Shown: one piece after another, positions 1-12,759 of the stretch | Position numbering within the stretch: the stretch's first letter is position 1 | Layout: each line of letters opens with the position of its first letter | Assembly: GCA_964016885.1 (NCBI GenBank) | Contig: OZ024743.1 | Span: 291,524,001-291,588,000 of the forward strand | Length of the DNA: 64,000 nt | Source: Eledone cirrhosa | Taxonomy: Eukaryota | Reading direction: 5' to 3' | Notes under the pieces: generated by a model | The model's database searches: none | The model's input: only the letters and a program-made list of their open reading frames with translations | Told to the model about the DNA's origin: nothing | Translations under genes and position numbers: made by a program

Positions 1-925
1 ACGCAGCTTAATCTATTGGCGGTTAACCCTATGTAGCGATTACGGGACGTGGGTGTTTCGACCTCACATTTGTAGACAATGTTACTGGAGAGGCATGTCC
101 CGAATAGAGGGCAGTCAACCCGATTCCTATAATTACAGTTAGTACTCGCTACAGGGTTGCACGTGTTACTACGGCTAGGTAATTTAGCTAAATTTGAAGC
201 AGTGATATGTGCAAGGTTAAGAGTCGTAGAGTAAGATATTTTAATGGTATTTCTATTTTTAAATGTTATTATATTTATGTGCTGAGGGGAAATGCTTCTT
301 AATAAGGGAGAGAAAGATCTTAGATAATGGTGTAGCCTCCTCCATATTATATGGTGTGTTATACCATATAATGCGTTAGGATCTATTTTTCCTTGGTCTA
401 TGCTCATACTTAGTATATATATGCTACCTTATCGACAAATCCACTCCGAGCAAGAGCTTCATTGTAATACGTGGAATGATCGGTGATAATATGCCCGTTA
501 GTAGATATATGGGAAAGCCTGAAAGAAAAGTTTCTTAACAGGTTTTTGGTTATGTTGGCAGGATGATTAGAATCCTTACTTATGTAATTAAGAGTATGAT
601 TCGGCTTTCTCTACCTGTAGTGCAAGCTATTAGACCAAGTTAGGGTAACGTTGAGGTAATTAACGAGTTTGGCCTCAAACTGTATGGAGAGGTTGAAGCC
701 TTTAAAGAAGGCTGTGAGTTCTTTTCTGAACCTGTCGCAAGCGCGTGGACCGCATTTTGTCATGGTCAAAATAGCGTCATCTAGGTACACACCACCACCC
801 ACGTTGGTGAATTCTTCCTTGATAGAGAAAAGAAGGAAAAGGCCGATAAGATCAGTAACCTCTGCCGAATCACTGGCGCCCATACTCACGTCGAATGGGG
901 TATTATTAGATTGTTTTATCCAAAT
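1..925 (-). mobile_element. Penelope-like element, decayed RT C-terminal half + linker + GIY-YIG endonuclease start (Naiad-like), running off the left edge of the window
   Basis: Minus-strand translation gives FDVSMGASDSAEVTDLIGLFLL and GVYLDDAIL (compare Naiad-type FDVTMGSYDGAE / GLYRDDGL). Near 1-140 it gives NCNYRNRVDCPLFGTCLSSNIVYKCEV...RYIGLT, a Cys motif plus GIY-YIG. Stops and frameshifts are present. Confidence 0.85.
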
Positions 926-927
926 AG

Positions 928-1850
928 AATATTCGATAAATATTCCGTTGTGGCCGACGCGAAGGGCTAATTTCGGTTATTTGTTGGAGATTTCTTCATA
1001 GAAGCCTCATTCTTATAGCCTCGTCTATTCGATTTTTTTATATAGTTAATTATGCTAATTGGGAGAGGAAATGTATATATTTTATATTGTGATTCTATAG
1101 ACATGTTTTATGATATATAGCTCTGATTATTTAATTTATTATTTTTTCATTGAGCCACAAAGTGACCCGTTGCAAAACACGTATATGTATATATATATAT
1201 ATGTAACTTTTTATATGTAATAATCACCCATTAGGTTGAGATACAAATTTGGCTGTATTGTGCTGTGCTTTCTAGCAAAAAGGCCACCAGTCGTAAGCAA
1301 CTACCACACCCCTTCCAACCTGACCGCGACTACGTTACGATACTTAGCCATTTTGAATGAATTCTTGGCGATCATTTTGGAAAATGTAGTGTCTAGATAA
1401 GAGCAAATCTCCTGATGAATCCGGTGCTCGAGGTTATATAATTATTACATAATTATTGGAAAGCTCAAAATGCGGATGAAACCATGGTAGAGGTTATTAA
1501 ATGTATTCTATTTTCTCCTAGTTTATTTTACATATAATTCTGTTTAGTTGACTGTATCAGGGCGATTACGCTGTCGAAATATTCGATAAATATTCCGTTG
1601 TGGCCGACGCGAAGGGCTAATTTCGGTTATTTGTTGGAGATTTCTTCATAGAAGCCTCATTCTTATAGCCTGGTCTATTCGATTTTTTATATAGTTAATT
1701 ATGCTAATTGGGAGAGGAAATGGTATATATTTTATCTTGTGATTCTATAGACATGTTTTATGATATATAGCTCTGATTATTTAATTTATTAGTTTTTCAT
1801 TGAGCCACAAAGTGACCCGTTGCAAAACACGTATATGTATATATATGTAT
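928..1850 (+). repeat. Tandem ~650-bp pLTR-like repeat (about 1.4 copies), inverted relative to the adjacent PLE ORF
   Basis: AATATTCGATAAATATTCCGTTGTGGCCGACG recurs at 928 and 1578. The unit contains an HHR, ends in (TA)n and is homologous to 60924-61985. Confidence 0.8.
1406..1495 (+). ncRNA. Type I hammerhead ribozyme with a long loop 2
   Basis: AATCTC-CTGATGA-ATCCG...CGGAT-GAAA-CCATG-GTA-GAGGTT: stem I 6 bp, stem II 5 bp, palindromic stem III ACCATGGT, GUA site. Confidence 0.85.
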
Positions 1851-1877
1851 ATGTAAACGTTTATATATATATATATT

Positions 1878-1924
<47 letters not shown>

Positions 1925-1930
<6 letters not shown>

Positions 1931-2625
1931 GTATATATAGTATATTTGGCAATATACTGTATGCTTAATTAAAAGCATTTTGAATTCCCTGCGATATTAT
2001 TTTAAAGTAGTGACTATATCACTTACATCTTTTTACAACAAACAAAGGGAGATAAGCTAAAATATCTGTTTCATACTGTTGGTAATCATCAGAGCTTAGC
2101 ACTCGCTTTGTCTGTTGAAAATTATAAATGTTGGATTCTAATAGAATTCCAGTAACAATCAGAAACTGATTATATAGAGCGATTGCCGGTCAAGCAAAAA
2201 TTGAAAGTTAGAATTGGTGCTCTGAAATAGCGATGTATACATGAATGTATATATAATATATTTGGCAATATACTGTGATTAATTAAAAGCATTTTGAAGA
2301 CATTGTGCTATTATTATAAAGTAGTGACTACGTGACTTACTTCTTTTTTCAACAAATAAAGGGAGATAAGCTAGCAGATCTATTTGATGCTCTTGGTAAT
2401 CACCAGAGCCTAGCACTCGATTTGTCTGTTGAAAATTATAAATGTTTGATTCTTATAGATTTCCAGTAATAATCCCTTTGTTTGCTGAAAAAAGAAATAA
2501 GTGACATAGTCACTACTTTAAAATAATAGCGCAAGGTTTTCAAAATGCTTTTAATTAAGCAAACAGAATATTGCCAAATATACTACATATACATTCGTGT
2601 ATACATTGCTATTTCAGAGCACCAA

Positions 2626-2632
<7 letters not shown>
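1925..2632. repeat. (TA)n-flanked ~310-bp tandem duplication followed by an inverted partial copy
   Basis: TATTTGGCAATATACTGT...AAAAGCATTTTGAA occurs at ~1943 and ~2259; its reverse complement lies at ~2476-2630. Confidence 0.75.
2053..2098 (-). ncRNA. Degenerate minimal type I hammerhead (second, more decayed copy at 2367-2412)
   Basis: TAAGCT-CTGATGA-TTAC CAACA GTAT-GAAA-CAGATATTTT-AGCTTA. Combining the two copies restores the palindrome ACAGATCTGT. Confidence 0.65.
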
Positions 2633-2657
<25 letters not shown>

Positions 2658-2658
<1 letters not shown>

Positions 2659-3179
2659 GGAAAAGATGAAACGAAATTTCATTTCTCACTCTTAGTACGG
2701 CTGTTACTTAAATATAAGTATGTATACTTACATACATATATGCATACAGACGTACAGTAGTATGTATATATATATATATACATACATGCACACATATATA
2801 TATATGTACGTATGGATTTACCGAACATTTATTATTAACTCGGCCGATTAACTCACTCGATATGCAAATTAGGCTGCTCAGCCGTTAACATGCATAAGGA
2901 AAGTATATACTTTCAGACGTTCAATCATCTAGCAGGAAGGTATTCGGTGCTAATAAGCTTGAAACTAGTACATCGTTCCTTCGTCAGTGTTGAACAAAAG
3001 GGCAAAGATGGTTGCTAAACACTGTACGGCGTAATTCGGGATGTTTGTTTACAAACAAACCGAGCATTATAATAAATGTTCGGTAAATCGATACGTACAT
3101 ATATATATATGTGTGCATGTATGTATATATATACATACTACTGCACGTCTGTATACATATATGTATGTACGTATACATA

Positions 3180-3182
<3 letters not shown>
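2658..3182. mobile_element. Dispersed, internally inverted copy of the 462-bp HHR repeat family
   Basis: 2658-2838 matches the array unit in array orientation. 2838-3182 is the reverse complement, including the octamer and GAAAGTATATACTTTC. The HHR at ~2945-2975 has lost CTGATGA. (TA)n on both sides. Confidence 0.85.
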
Positions 3183-3224
<42 letters not shown>

Positions 3225-3225
<1 letters not shown>

Positions 3226-3398
3226 GTTAGAACAGTGATATATACAGTTGCTTAAGTTTCCTTCTGTTATACACCCCAACTCATTCACCCTGTTATATAA
3301 AAAGAAAATAATTTCTCTTTACATAACAAGCTGAATGAGTTAGGGTGTGAAACCAACCGAAATTTAAGTACATATATATGTCACTGTTGTAACTAATA
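3225..3398. repeat. Imperfect fold-back (palindromic) element between TA runs
   Basis: TTAGTTAGAACAGTGATATATA...CACCCCAACTCATTCA pairs with TGAATGAGTTAGGGTG...TATATGTCACTGTTGTAACTAA. Confidence 0.65.
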
Positions 3399-3458
3399 TA
3401 TACTTGACTCAACGTATGAACTGTGTTCTCTTACTCTTGTAATATCTACCAAATTTAT

Positions 3459-3516
<58 letters not shown>

Positions 3517-4667
3517 TAAAATAACAGATTAAAGTTTAAGCAAAGAATCGCTGCTTTCACCCTTAACGGGATCTTCTGAAATTCTTTGGATTTTAGTCTT
3601 CAATTTTATTATTATTACTATTATTATTATTACTATATATATATACACCGGCATTCCCCAACCCACGCCGTTAATTGGTTCCAATTGTCCAGTCCTATGT
3701 CGAAAAACGCCGAATGTCACATTCACCTCCTGTAAAACGTATGCTGAATGTTTTTCAATTAATACAAGCATCGTTATATATTTTTATTGTTTTTATTTTA
3801 GAATTATGTTATGTTTTAATAGATTTGGCAGAGCGTCATAAGGTTGAGTGGACATATCATGAGGTTTATGTTTGCCATATAATATCAAGGAAGACCGCCT
3901 TACCTCACAAACTGACGAAACTTCATGTATAAATGGATTACCTACCCATAGAACTCTAATCATATATATGATTAACTTGATTAATCAGTTATAAATGTAA
4001 TGATAAGTAGAGAGTCACAAATTAAAATCGGTTTTCCACTTGAACATAAAATACCTTTTTAAGTGTGTTTCGATAGAAACTATAATCTTATACAACTTCC
4101 AAGCTAAATCATTAAAAGATATAAGAGTTATATTTGATAAAAGTAAAATGAAAAATGTATACTCTTTGTATCATTATTTTACATAGAATTTAGTAAATAA
4201 CGATTATTGAAGAGAAAATATTCCATTACAATAGTTATTGATATTGTTGTGTTTTAGAATCTACCAAGCTACTATAATGTAACTGGGTAAGTTATGTTTA
4301 CCCTGATTATTATGTTGTTTACCCTGAAAACATTATGATGTTTACCCTTAAACATCATAATGACATAGTTTATTATATAACGAAAAATAACATCTAATCG
4401 GCTCTATGCTAGTCATGCCAAAGTTGTGTTTTATTCAGGAATGGAATGATTAAGATTATATTAACTGATATCTCCTTTCGCTTTGTAATATAACATGTTT
4501 GCTGCATTGTTTTTCTTTTCTTTCGTATTTAAAATCGAATTTTACATTTGTCAATCGATTGTTGATGATAGCTGTTTCAAGGCAAGAATTAATTGCTTAT
4601 TAGTCGATGAAACATATGTCAATGCTTGGAATAAACCCTATTATATCCCTTATCCTTGTTAGTCATC

Positions 4668-4669
4668 AT

Positions 4670-4701
<32 letters not shown>

Positions 4702-5022
4702 TTTTCGTCCGCTTTTCCCTGCTTGCAAGGGTGGGACGGGAACTGATTCTGGCTTGATTTCTACAGCTGGATGCCCATCCTAACACCAACCTCATTTACA
4801 GTGAGTGCTGGGTTTTTTTTTGCCGTGGCACCTCCACGACCACTTTGCAGTGGAATGATAGGGACCCCAGTCCCTATCATCTCATTTCTACAGCTGAGTA
4901 AACTGGAGCAATGTGAAATAAAGTGTCTTGCTCAAGGAAACAACACATCACCCGGTCTGAGAATTGAACTCACAACCTTTCGATTGCAAGGCCAATGCTC
5001 TAACCACTAAGCCATGTGCCTC
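4668..5022 (-). mobile_element. tRNA-derived SINE with a Deu/Nin-like central domain and (GAT)n tail
   Basis: Minus strand shows A-box TGGCTTAGTGG and B-box GAGTTCAATTC. The central block CAGCTGAGTAAACTGGAGCAATGTGAAATAAAGTGTCTTGCTCAAGG is visible on plus, and (CAT)n at ~4668-4700 is the tail. Confidence 0.75.
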
Positions 5023-5124
5023 CATATATATATATATATATATATACGGAGTGAGAGTAGGAGGGAAATTGTTGAATATATCGAAGGCTATATGCAGTGT
5101 TATTCCGGGTTATTATCTGGATTG

Positions 5125-5318
5125 GTGGTGGATTGGCAGTATCGGTAGAGAGTCGGATGCTATGCTTTGACGCACCGAGTTACGGCCCTTGCCATTCTGA
5201 GTTCGGATCCCGCCGAGGATAACTTTGCCTTTCATTCTTACGGGGTCGATAAAATATAGCACCAGTAATACACTGGGATAATTGCTGGCCTTTTGCCAAA
5301 AGTAGAAACAATTATTAT
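5125..5318 (+). mobile_element. tRNA-derived SINE (octopus OR-type-like family)
   Basis: TGGCAGTATCGGTAG A-box, GAGTTCGGATCCC B-box, body CTTTGCCTTTCAT...GGGGTCGATAAAA...GTAGAAACAATTATTA. Multiple copies in the window. Confidence 0.8.
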
Positions 5319-5470
5319 CTCCATGATTCATATTTCACAGGCTAATTTCGAACACATACCACCAGTCTCTTGTATGATGAAGATCATTTTTTGAAGGAAT
5401 TGTTTTGCATTATTGGGAAGAAATTAAACATATATTTTAAGTTGTATGAAATTGATGAAATATCTTTTTA

Positions 5471-5550
5471 CCATCTGATGAGCTCAGCCCGATGGTATGA
5501 GTAGGAAGAGAACTAACTAGCCATCGACCTCAGCGAAATATATATTATGG
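5471..5550 (+). ncRNA. Type I hammerhead ribozyme candidate
   Basis: CCAT-CTGATGA-GCT...(CGATGG/CCATCG inner helix)...AGC-GAAA-TATATATT-ATGG, with palindromic stem III and an AUU site. Confidence 0.7.
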
Positions 5551-5736
5551 AGATGAAAATAAACCTGAATAGACATCATAAGGTCTTCGATATAAATAAT
5601 ACACAACAATGCTCCGGCTTATACCTTTATTCAGGGATGTCGTTGACTACTTCATTTTGTCTGCACCATAGCTAACCGACCAGAATGTGATTTGCACATC
5701 CCTGGGCTGTTACTTCTTGGTTAACAAAATACATAC

Positions 5737-5800
<64 letters not shown>

Positions 5801-8800
5801 CATCCGTATGTAAATGAGTTTCATAAGCTCATAAACCTACGCATAAATCTATAAGATTCTAGCTTTCTTTAGCTTCAGCAAAAAACAGGGAGATATGTAG
5901 ATTTGATGAACTCTAGTAAGTAAGAAATGATGGCATCGTCAATTACTTTCCTCTGTTTTAGCTGAAGCTCGGTGTAACAATGGACACAACCTTAAACATA
6001 CATATCGAAAGGCCTTTAATATTGTTCATAAACATCCTGCATATTATTCAATATCCAATAGGTACATTTATATATATATATATATAAATATCAAAACTTA
6101 ATATCGACGCGATCTTAAAGAAGTTGTCGTAATTTTTTATAATAATGTATTTTGGGAATATTCAATTAGAAGTACACGGGAATTTACATATATATAATTA
6201 TATATGTATATTATTTTTTGTGGATAGGTATATTTGGTTTTGATCTTATTTATGTTAGTGTATATCATACAGACACACACACATATATATATACATGTGT
6301 GTATGTGTGTGTGTGTGTGTGTGTATGTGTGTGTGTGTGTGTGTGTGTGTATGCATGCGTGTGTGCGTGTGCGCGCGCCTGTGTTTGTGTATGTGAAACT
6401 GGCCTTATTCGAGAATTCTGCCATTAAAATAACTCTTCCTACACACATCTCATCGTTCGTAAGTTAGAATTAGGAGAATACTATCTCTTGTTTAGACGGG
6501 GATTCCATTTATTGGATAAGTCCATTATACGATTGGTATATCGACTAAAGGTAAAGAAAAGGAACATTGGCATTAGCGGAAATTGTATTGACTGCTTAAA
6601 AGGAGAAAAACGAGCAGCGAAATCTTTCTCCTTCTGTCAGTATGCTGTCAGTATGCCACTATTCACATAACAAATATACTGAAGAGATGTGCAAGTGGAA
6701 GTAATAGTAGAACTTGGAAAAGATGCCGATGGGCTTTTATTTACGAATTTACATTCTTTGTTTAAATAGTGGGTGGATGGATCATACACGATAATTTCGT
6801 TACTAAAACATAAGCTAATGTAAACGACAATCCTCTTCTCTACAAATGTAATGTTCGAAGGCCTGTAAGAGGCATAATTCTAGATGAATCTAAATGCTGG
6901 TTCACCGTTAACAAATGAGGTTTTGAGAAAACGATTTGATGTATTTATCTCTTCCCCATCACAGATGTATTTAATCAAGTTAGCTTTAAGTTGATCTATT
7001 GTATACATTTGATCACTGAAATATATTTCAGTGTATAGTTGTAATATGGCATACTAAGATTATCATTGTTGTTATTATGTTCCTGAAGTTAAATATTACC
7101 TTCTAAAATTTTCGAACAATTTTGAAAATAAGGGATAAAAAAAACTATTCTGTTGTGAATCGTACCAAGCGCTGAGGCGAAATTTGAGATTCTGTGTTAC
7201 GGCTGCTATCCACCACTTCCGTCTATAGGGGTTTGTTTACCGGATTTCCTAAAGCTGTTTTCACAGATATTCAATTGCGTTAGAAACCTTACTCCCTTCT
7301 AAAATTATTTGAACCGACTCAACGCTTCAATGCTATTTATCGCAACCACTATAATGTCGCCTTAGTGCAGGTTATTCCCCTTGATACGCCAAATTCAACG
7401 ACATAACCAGCAGAGTCCACGTCGCGTTGTACGTCCCGTCACAATTGGAGCCAGCTGGCCTCGACAGCAATGACGGTACAAGACCAATCAAGAGAGCTCT
7501 TCGTCCATTTGAATAACGTAAATCCCTAAACTGGAACGTCATGTACCGCGACAAGTTACCGCCTCAAACATTGCCGCTTCGAAAGTAAACTCAGGTACCA
7601 CCACGCACAATGCTAAGAGGGAAAAAGTATCCTGACACTTAGTTTTCTGAGTTTTAATTCTGTTGTAAGCTTTTTTGTGGTAGAATTAATCTGGCACCCT
7701 ATACAATAATACAATCTTTGCTTTTGTGTATATTTAACGGAGAAAATTCAGTTCAATTTGTCTTTATTTCCAGCTTTAGGAGAGCTTGTGTTCTTGATTC
7801 AGTCAGAACGCCTATAAGCGTATCAGGGGCACTTACCAAACTTTAATAAAAATCTAATCCTTCATCGGTTTTGATTAATCGCAGCGAGGTTCAATAGCAG
7901 TAATGATAAATTAAAACAGAATTGCTATAACATTTTTTTCCAATATATAATTATAATGAAAGAAATTATAGATATCGTATATGATTTTGAAAATAGGTAG
8001 TGTTATGTTTAGAATTTCAAATTAAATTTTCTCATATATATAAACATTTCGATTTCACTATTATAATCTATAGATACGACAAAATAGTATATGAAATTTT
8101 TAAACATATATTTTTCGTAAATTGTTAATTATAAATCGAACGTATTTGTGCGTATCCATATAATTGCTTGTCCTTTCTGCCTAAATATAAACAAAAGGCA
8201 GCATATGCACAAACAAGATCATATAACATTAACATGCACACATGTGAGCGCGCGCGTGTTCGCTTTGCACTTTTAAAGCCGCGGATCTAATTCCATTGCG
8301 TGCCGTGTGTGTAACGACGGGTAGATGGAAACTGTGTGGAAGACCATCGTAAGACAGTACCGGTACTTCTTAGGAACAGCCTTATTACACAATGTATCAA
8401 GGGGAATATGTAGGATGCACAATCACGTGTATGTTCATTTCATTAGAAGAATATTCTGTTCGACAACCAGCTGGAAAACTGGTCCTCCAAAGCACCATTT
8501 CATTTCTTCATATGTATCTTTAATTGAATTTAAGACAGAGCAATATATTTACGTTTTGTTTCACTATTTACAGACATTGTTACGTTTAACAAAATTCCTA
8601 TTGGTTGAAATCCGATTCCTAATGAAGGACAATATGATGACATGCTATATATATGATGCAATACAATAGAAACCTAATATGGGGTTGCATATGAATGCAG
8701 GAGTACTTTTGAGAATTCATTAAATTTACTCTATCAACTGATTTGATATCTATTTTCTGTGGCATTATAATTAAACTCAATAGTTACGTTATACAACATG

Positions 8801-8806
8801 ACATAA

Positions 8807-8990
8807 ATAATTGTTTCTACTTTAGGCACAAGGCCAGCAATTATCCAGTGCATTACTGGTACTTTATTTTATCGACCCCGTAAGGATGAAAGGCAAAGTC
8901 AACCTCGGCGGGATTTGAACTCAGATCGTAAAGGGACGTAACTATGCTGGAAAGCATGGCGTCCGACCCTCTACCGATACTGCCAATTGA
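8807..8990 (-). mobile_element. SINE, same family as 5125-5318
   Basis: Reverse complement of the family body: AATTGTTTCTAC...TTATCGACCCCGTAAGGATGAAAGGCAAAG...GGGATTTGAACTC. Confidence 0.8.
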
Positions 8991-9030
8991 CATAAATAAT
9001 GAAACTTATTTGAGAAAGTAGCTCTCTCTC

Positions 9031-9067
<37 letters not shown>

Positions 9068-9263
9068 GGTGGGGGTGGGGGGTGTATGTGTGTGTGTATG
9101 TGTGAGTGTGTGTCTGTGGTGCTATTAAGTTAGACATTGCCTGGGCTAATACTGGCCGAAACCTATCGAAGTTATCAAAGTAAAATGTATATATATCTAT
9201 ATTTTTATATATATATATATATATAAATACGTACACAAACACACATACACACACACACACATA

Positions 9264-9358
<95 letters not shown>

Positions 9359-9364
9359 CCTATC

Positions 9365-9559
9365 GGCCTGATTTGCATATTTGCAGGCTGGCCGATCAGT
9401 TAGATCAACATATTAGCAAATTCATTGACCAGCTAGATTTGCATATCAGCGCGACTGGCTAGTCAGTTTCCTGTATACGACCGAAAAATCGGCGGCTTTG
9501 CCACATTAAAAAATGCACATATGACTGATCAGTCAGTCTGCTAATATGCAAATCAGGCC
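9365..9559. mobile_element. MITE-like inverted-repeat element carrying three octamer motifs
   Basis: Terminal inverted repeat GGCCTGATTTGCATATT / AATATGCAAATCAGGCC, plus an internal ATTTGCAT at ~9437. A (TA)n run lies just to its left. Confidence 0.55.
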
Positions 9560-9784
9560 CATCAGACACTCTATATTTTAGAAAATATATATAGACCATA
9601 TATTTTCACTAGCTCTGACATTTGGCAGGTGAACAGTGAGTTGTACTGATGAAGGGGGATAACCAAAAAACATTACTGTCATGGGATAACCATTTAAATA
9701 ATTATTATGAGTAAACGATGTATGTAACATCAGCATATTTCTTAATGTCAATCCTATACACACACGTGCACACACATACATACA

Positions 9785-10234
9785 TGGTGGCTGCCAACTC
9801 GTTTTCGAGTACGGCCACTACTTTATATCCATGTAGGACAACCCCTACCAATGCGCTGAACGAGTGTGGCTTTTTAGTCCTGCCAGTGACTTTAAAAATC
9901 TGGTACAAACACGACACTTGGGACAATTATTGACACATAGTGCTGGGCCCTTGGTACCATGTGACGACAAGTGCAGAGAGATCTCCAGATATAAAGCAAT
10001 GCCTGTGCCGTGAAGCTTTTATAGTGAGCAAAGGCACTGCACAAAGTCAGTTCCACTCTCTTAACCAATATGATATTTACCAAAAAGAACAAGTCAACAT
10101 CATTGGATACCATCAGGGTTGCAGGTGGTATATCAGAGTTTTCCTTCTCCTAGAATTCTGCCTTGACAAAGGCTAAAGGGTCATCTCTCCCGGTGATTTT
10201 GGATGGCCATTGACTCTTAAGAGCTCCTTTGCAG
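9785..10234 (-). mobile_element. Non-autonomous bipartite RTE-derived element, copy 1
   Basis: 5' part TAGCCTT...AGGC...CTAGGAGAAGGAAAACTCTGA resembles an RTE 5'UTR. The 3' part encodes an RTE-type terminal C2H2 finger. (ATGT)n tail. Confidence 0.7.
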
Positions 10235-10260
10235 ACATACATACATACATACATACATAC

Positions 10261-10710
10261 ATGGTGGCTGCCAACTCGTTTTCGAGTACGGCCACTACTT
10301 TATATCCATGTAAAAGAACCCCTACCGATGCGCTGAACGAATGTGACTTTTTAGTCCATCCAGCGACTTGAAAATTCTGGTACAAAGACTACACTTGTGA
10401 CCATTATTGACACATAGTGCAGGGCCCATGGTACCATGTGATGACAAGTGCAGAGAGATCTCCAGATATAAAGCAATGCCTGTGCTGTGAAGCTTTTATA
10501 GTGAGCAAAGGCACTGCACAAAGCCAGTCCCACTCTCTTAACCAAGATGATATTTACCTAAAAGAAGAACAAGTCAACATCATTGGATACCAGCAGGGTT
10601 TCAGGTGTTATATCAGAGTTTTCCTTCTCCTAGAATTCTGCCTTGACAAAGGCTAAGGGGTCATCTCTCCCAGTGATTTTGGATGGCTATTGAGTCTTAA
10701 GAGCTCCTTT
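10261..10710 (-). mobile_element. Non-autonomous bipartite RTE-derived element, copy 2 (tandem with copy 1)
   Basis: Near-identical to 9785-10234. Encodes CSLCTRIFKSLDGLKSHIRSAHR*. Separated from copy 1 by (CATA)n. Confidence 0.7.
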
Positions 10711-10860
10711 ACATACATACATACATACATATATACATACATACATACATATATGTATATATATATATATATTAATAAAAGGAATTCCAACTTTGTCTGA
10801 TTTACTCGTTTTATTTACAATCCTTTAAAATATATAATGGTATTAGAATGAAATAGTATG

Positions 10861-11075
10861 GTAGAATATTAAATGTTAAGTGTTAATTGAACAAGTACTT
10901 TCATGCTTTCGGAATCTTCCGTTTCATATTGTATGGTGGCAGTCAAGTTTGCAATTTTCAACTGTGGGAACAGTTGAAAATAGCAAAGTTGACTGTCACC
11001 ACACAATATTAACCTGAAGATTGCGAAAGCATGAAAGTACTTGTTCAATTAACACTTAAAATTTAATATTCTACT
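10861..11075. repeat. Fold-back element with ~105-bp arms, containing an HHR
   Basis: GTAGAATATTAAA...TTTTCAACTGT / ACAGTTGAAAA...TTTAATATTCTAC. Confidence 0.8.
11009..11047 (+). ncRNA. Minimal type I hammerhead
   Basis: AAC-CTGAAGA-TTGC GAAA GCAT-GAAA-GTAC-TT-GTT: palindromic stem III AGTACT, CUU site. A decayed mirror copy lies at ~10887-10925 on minus. Confidence 0.7.
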
Positions 11076-11851
11076 AAATTTTATATTTTCACTATTAACA
11101 CCTTATGAGTTTATATCTGATTATATATTTTATTTTATTTTATATTAATCTATTTTATTTTATTTTATTTATTTTATTTAGATTCTTCTTTGAATAACTA
11201 CCCCCCCCCCACCACACACACACACACTCATACTTACTTGTCACTCGCCCCTTCAAATATACTATAATTATATCCAATTCCCTTTTATGCTCCTTTCTAT
11301 TGTACAATACAGTATGTTGATTATAATTTTATGCTCTTTCATATCCTCCATACATTTCTTGTTTCTGTCCCCATTAGCCTACCATAACTCTATTTAAAGC
11401 CTGTTTATTAGATAACGTTATTCAACTGATAGTTGAATATTTCATTTTTTCCAGATATATTTTTATAGTGATATATTTAAATTAGGGGATTTTGATTACT
11501 TAAACCATAGCTAAATTTGTATGGACTTATTATGTATTTTATTTACTTTCAATATTAATTAATTTAATAGGGTTTTCTCGTCATTTATCCGGGTTTGTTT
11601 CCTAAATTTTTTACTTAACTGCATGTGACACCTAAGTAAATACTTTTGTTTTTGTTTTTTGATTTCCGGTTGATTGTATTTATTTATATATACTACCGTG
11701 CGTAGTATGTCTGTCTGGCTCTCATTCTCTTATTCACAAACGGCTCTCCACCAACCATGTAATTATGTATATGATACTATGTTCAATATTTAATATTAAA
11801 ATTTTATATCATTCCACTCTTTGTAAACATACTACTGATCATTATTATTTA

Positions 11852-11908
<57 letters not shown>

Positions 11909-11921
11909 TATAATCTGAGTT

Positions 11922-12155
11922 TTTCGACTATTAATAATAACATTCGATTCGTTTGCAATTATGCAAACATGCCTCATTTTTAAACCCATGTCAGTAGAAT
12001 GAACCCTTCATTCTTGCTCTTGTGTTGGCATGCAGTTCTGTTTAGAAGCCAACACAAGAGCAAGTATGAAGGGTTCATTCTACTGACACGGCTTTAAAAA
12101 TATGGCTATTTTGCATAATTGCAAACGAATCGAATGTTATTATTAATAGTCGTAA
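11922..12155. repeat. Fold-back element with ~105-bp arms
   Basis: CGACTATTAATAATAACATTCGATTCGTTTGCAATTATGC...TGTGTTGGC pairs with GCCAACACA...GCATAATTGCAAACGAATCGAATGTTATTATTAATAGTCG. Confidence 0.8.
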
Positions 12156-12759
12156 ATTACCGGCACCGAACAATAGTTTATGCGTAGCTAGATTTCAACA
12201 GATTGAGGAAGCGATAAACGGAACTGGGGAGTAGGGGGTTATAGACAGTTTGAGGACAGTTACATTCAAGACAACCGCAACACCAGCAAGGGGAGCAGTA
12301 GCAGCACAAACAGCAGCCACACCACCAACAACAACATCGACCACATCAACTACACAGGACGTTATAGTAGCAGTGATATTAATAACCTGTTGTAGCACCA
12401 ACCATATCTCTACCCGTTAGCCAAGCTGTGGCAATAAAAACAATAACAATAATGAATCTGTTAGGAAAAAGACGGCAACAAAAAGCTTTAGTGTTGTCTT
12501 TCGCTGTAAATCAAATCTTACAGTAATAATAATAGTAATCGATTCTATCCTTTGGCACAAGAGCAGCTATAATCCCAGTGCATAATAATTATTTGTAACA
12601 AGAATTGTAGTCAGTCGTATCTACATTGGTATTAATAATAACAATGGTAACGACAACGCCCGGACAAAAAGGAACTGCTAAACTGAGGATGCGATATGTA
12701 GGTAGCGGACATAAGAACAAAAAACATACATATTGGAATATATATATATATATATATAT

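Noticed and set aside
3541-3588. Hammerhead-like motif CAAAGAAT..CAGAAGA-TCCC/GGGT-GAAA..ATTCTTTG (minus)
   Set aside because: Core reads CAGAAGA and there is no NUH triplet; at most a dead remnant.
7180-7620. GC-richer stretch, possibly an LTR-retrotransposon integrase remnant or host exon
   Set aside because: No diagnostic motif could be read in any frame; needs tBLASTx or a profile search.
9645-9685. CTGATGAAGGGGGATAACC as a hammerhead start
   Set aside because: No GAAA box or stem I partner follows.
10130-10234. HDV-like or twister ribozyme at the 5' end of the RTE-derived element
   Set aside because: I could not build the required nested pseudoknot or twister consensus by eye.
12195-12401. 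Ala/Val/Thr-rich ORF
   Set aside because: Decayed (CAG/CAA)n trinucleotide low complexity.
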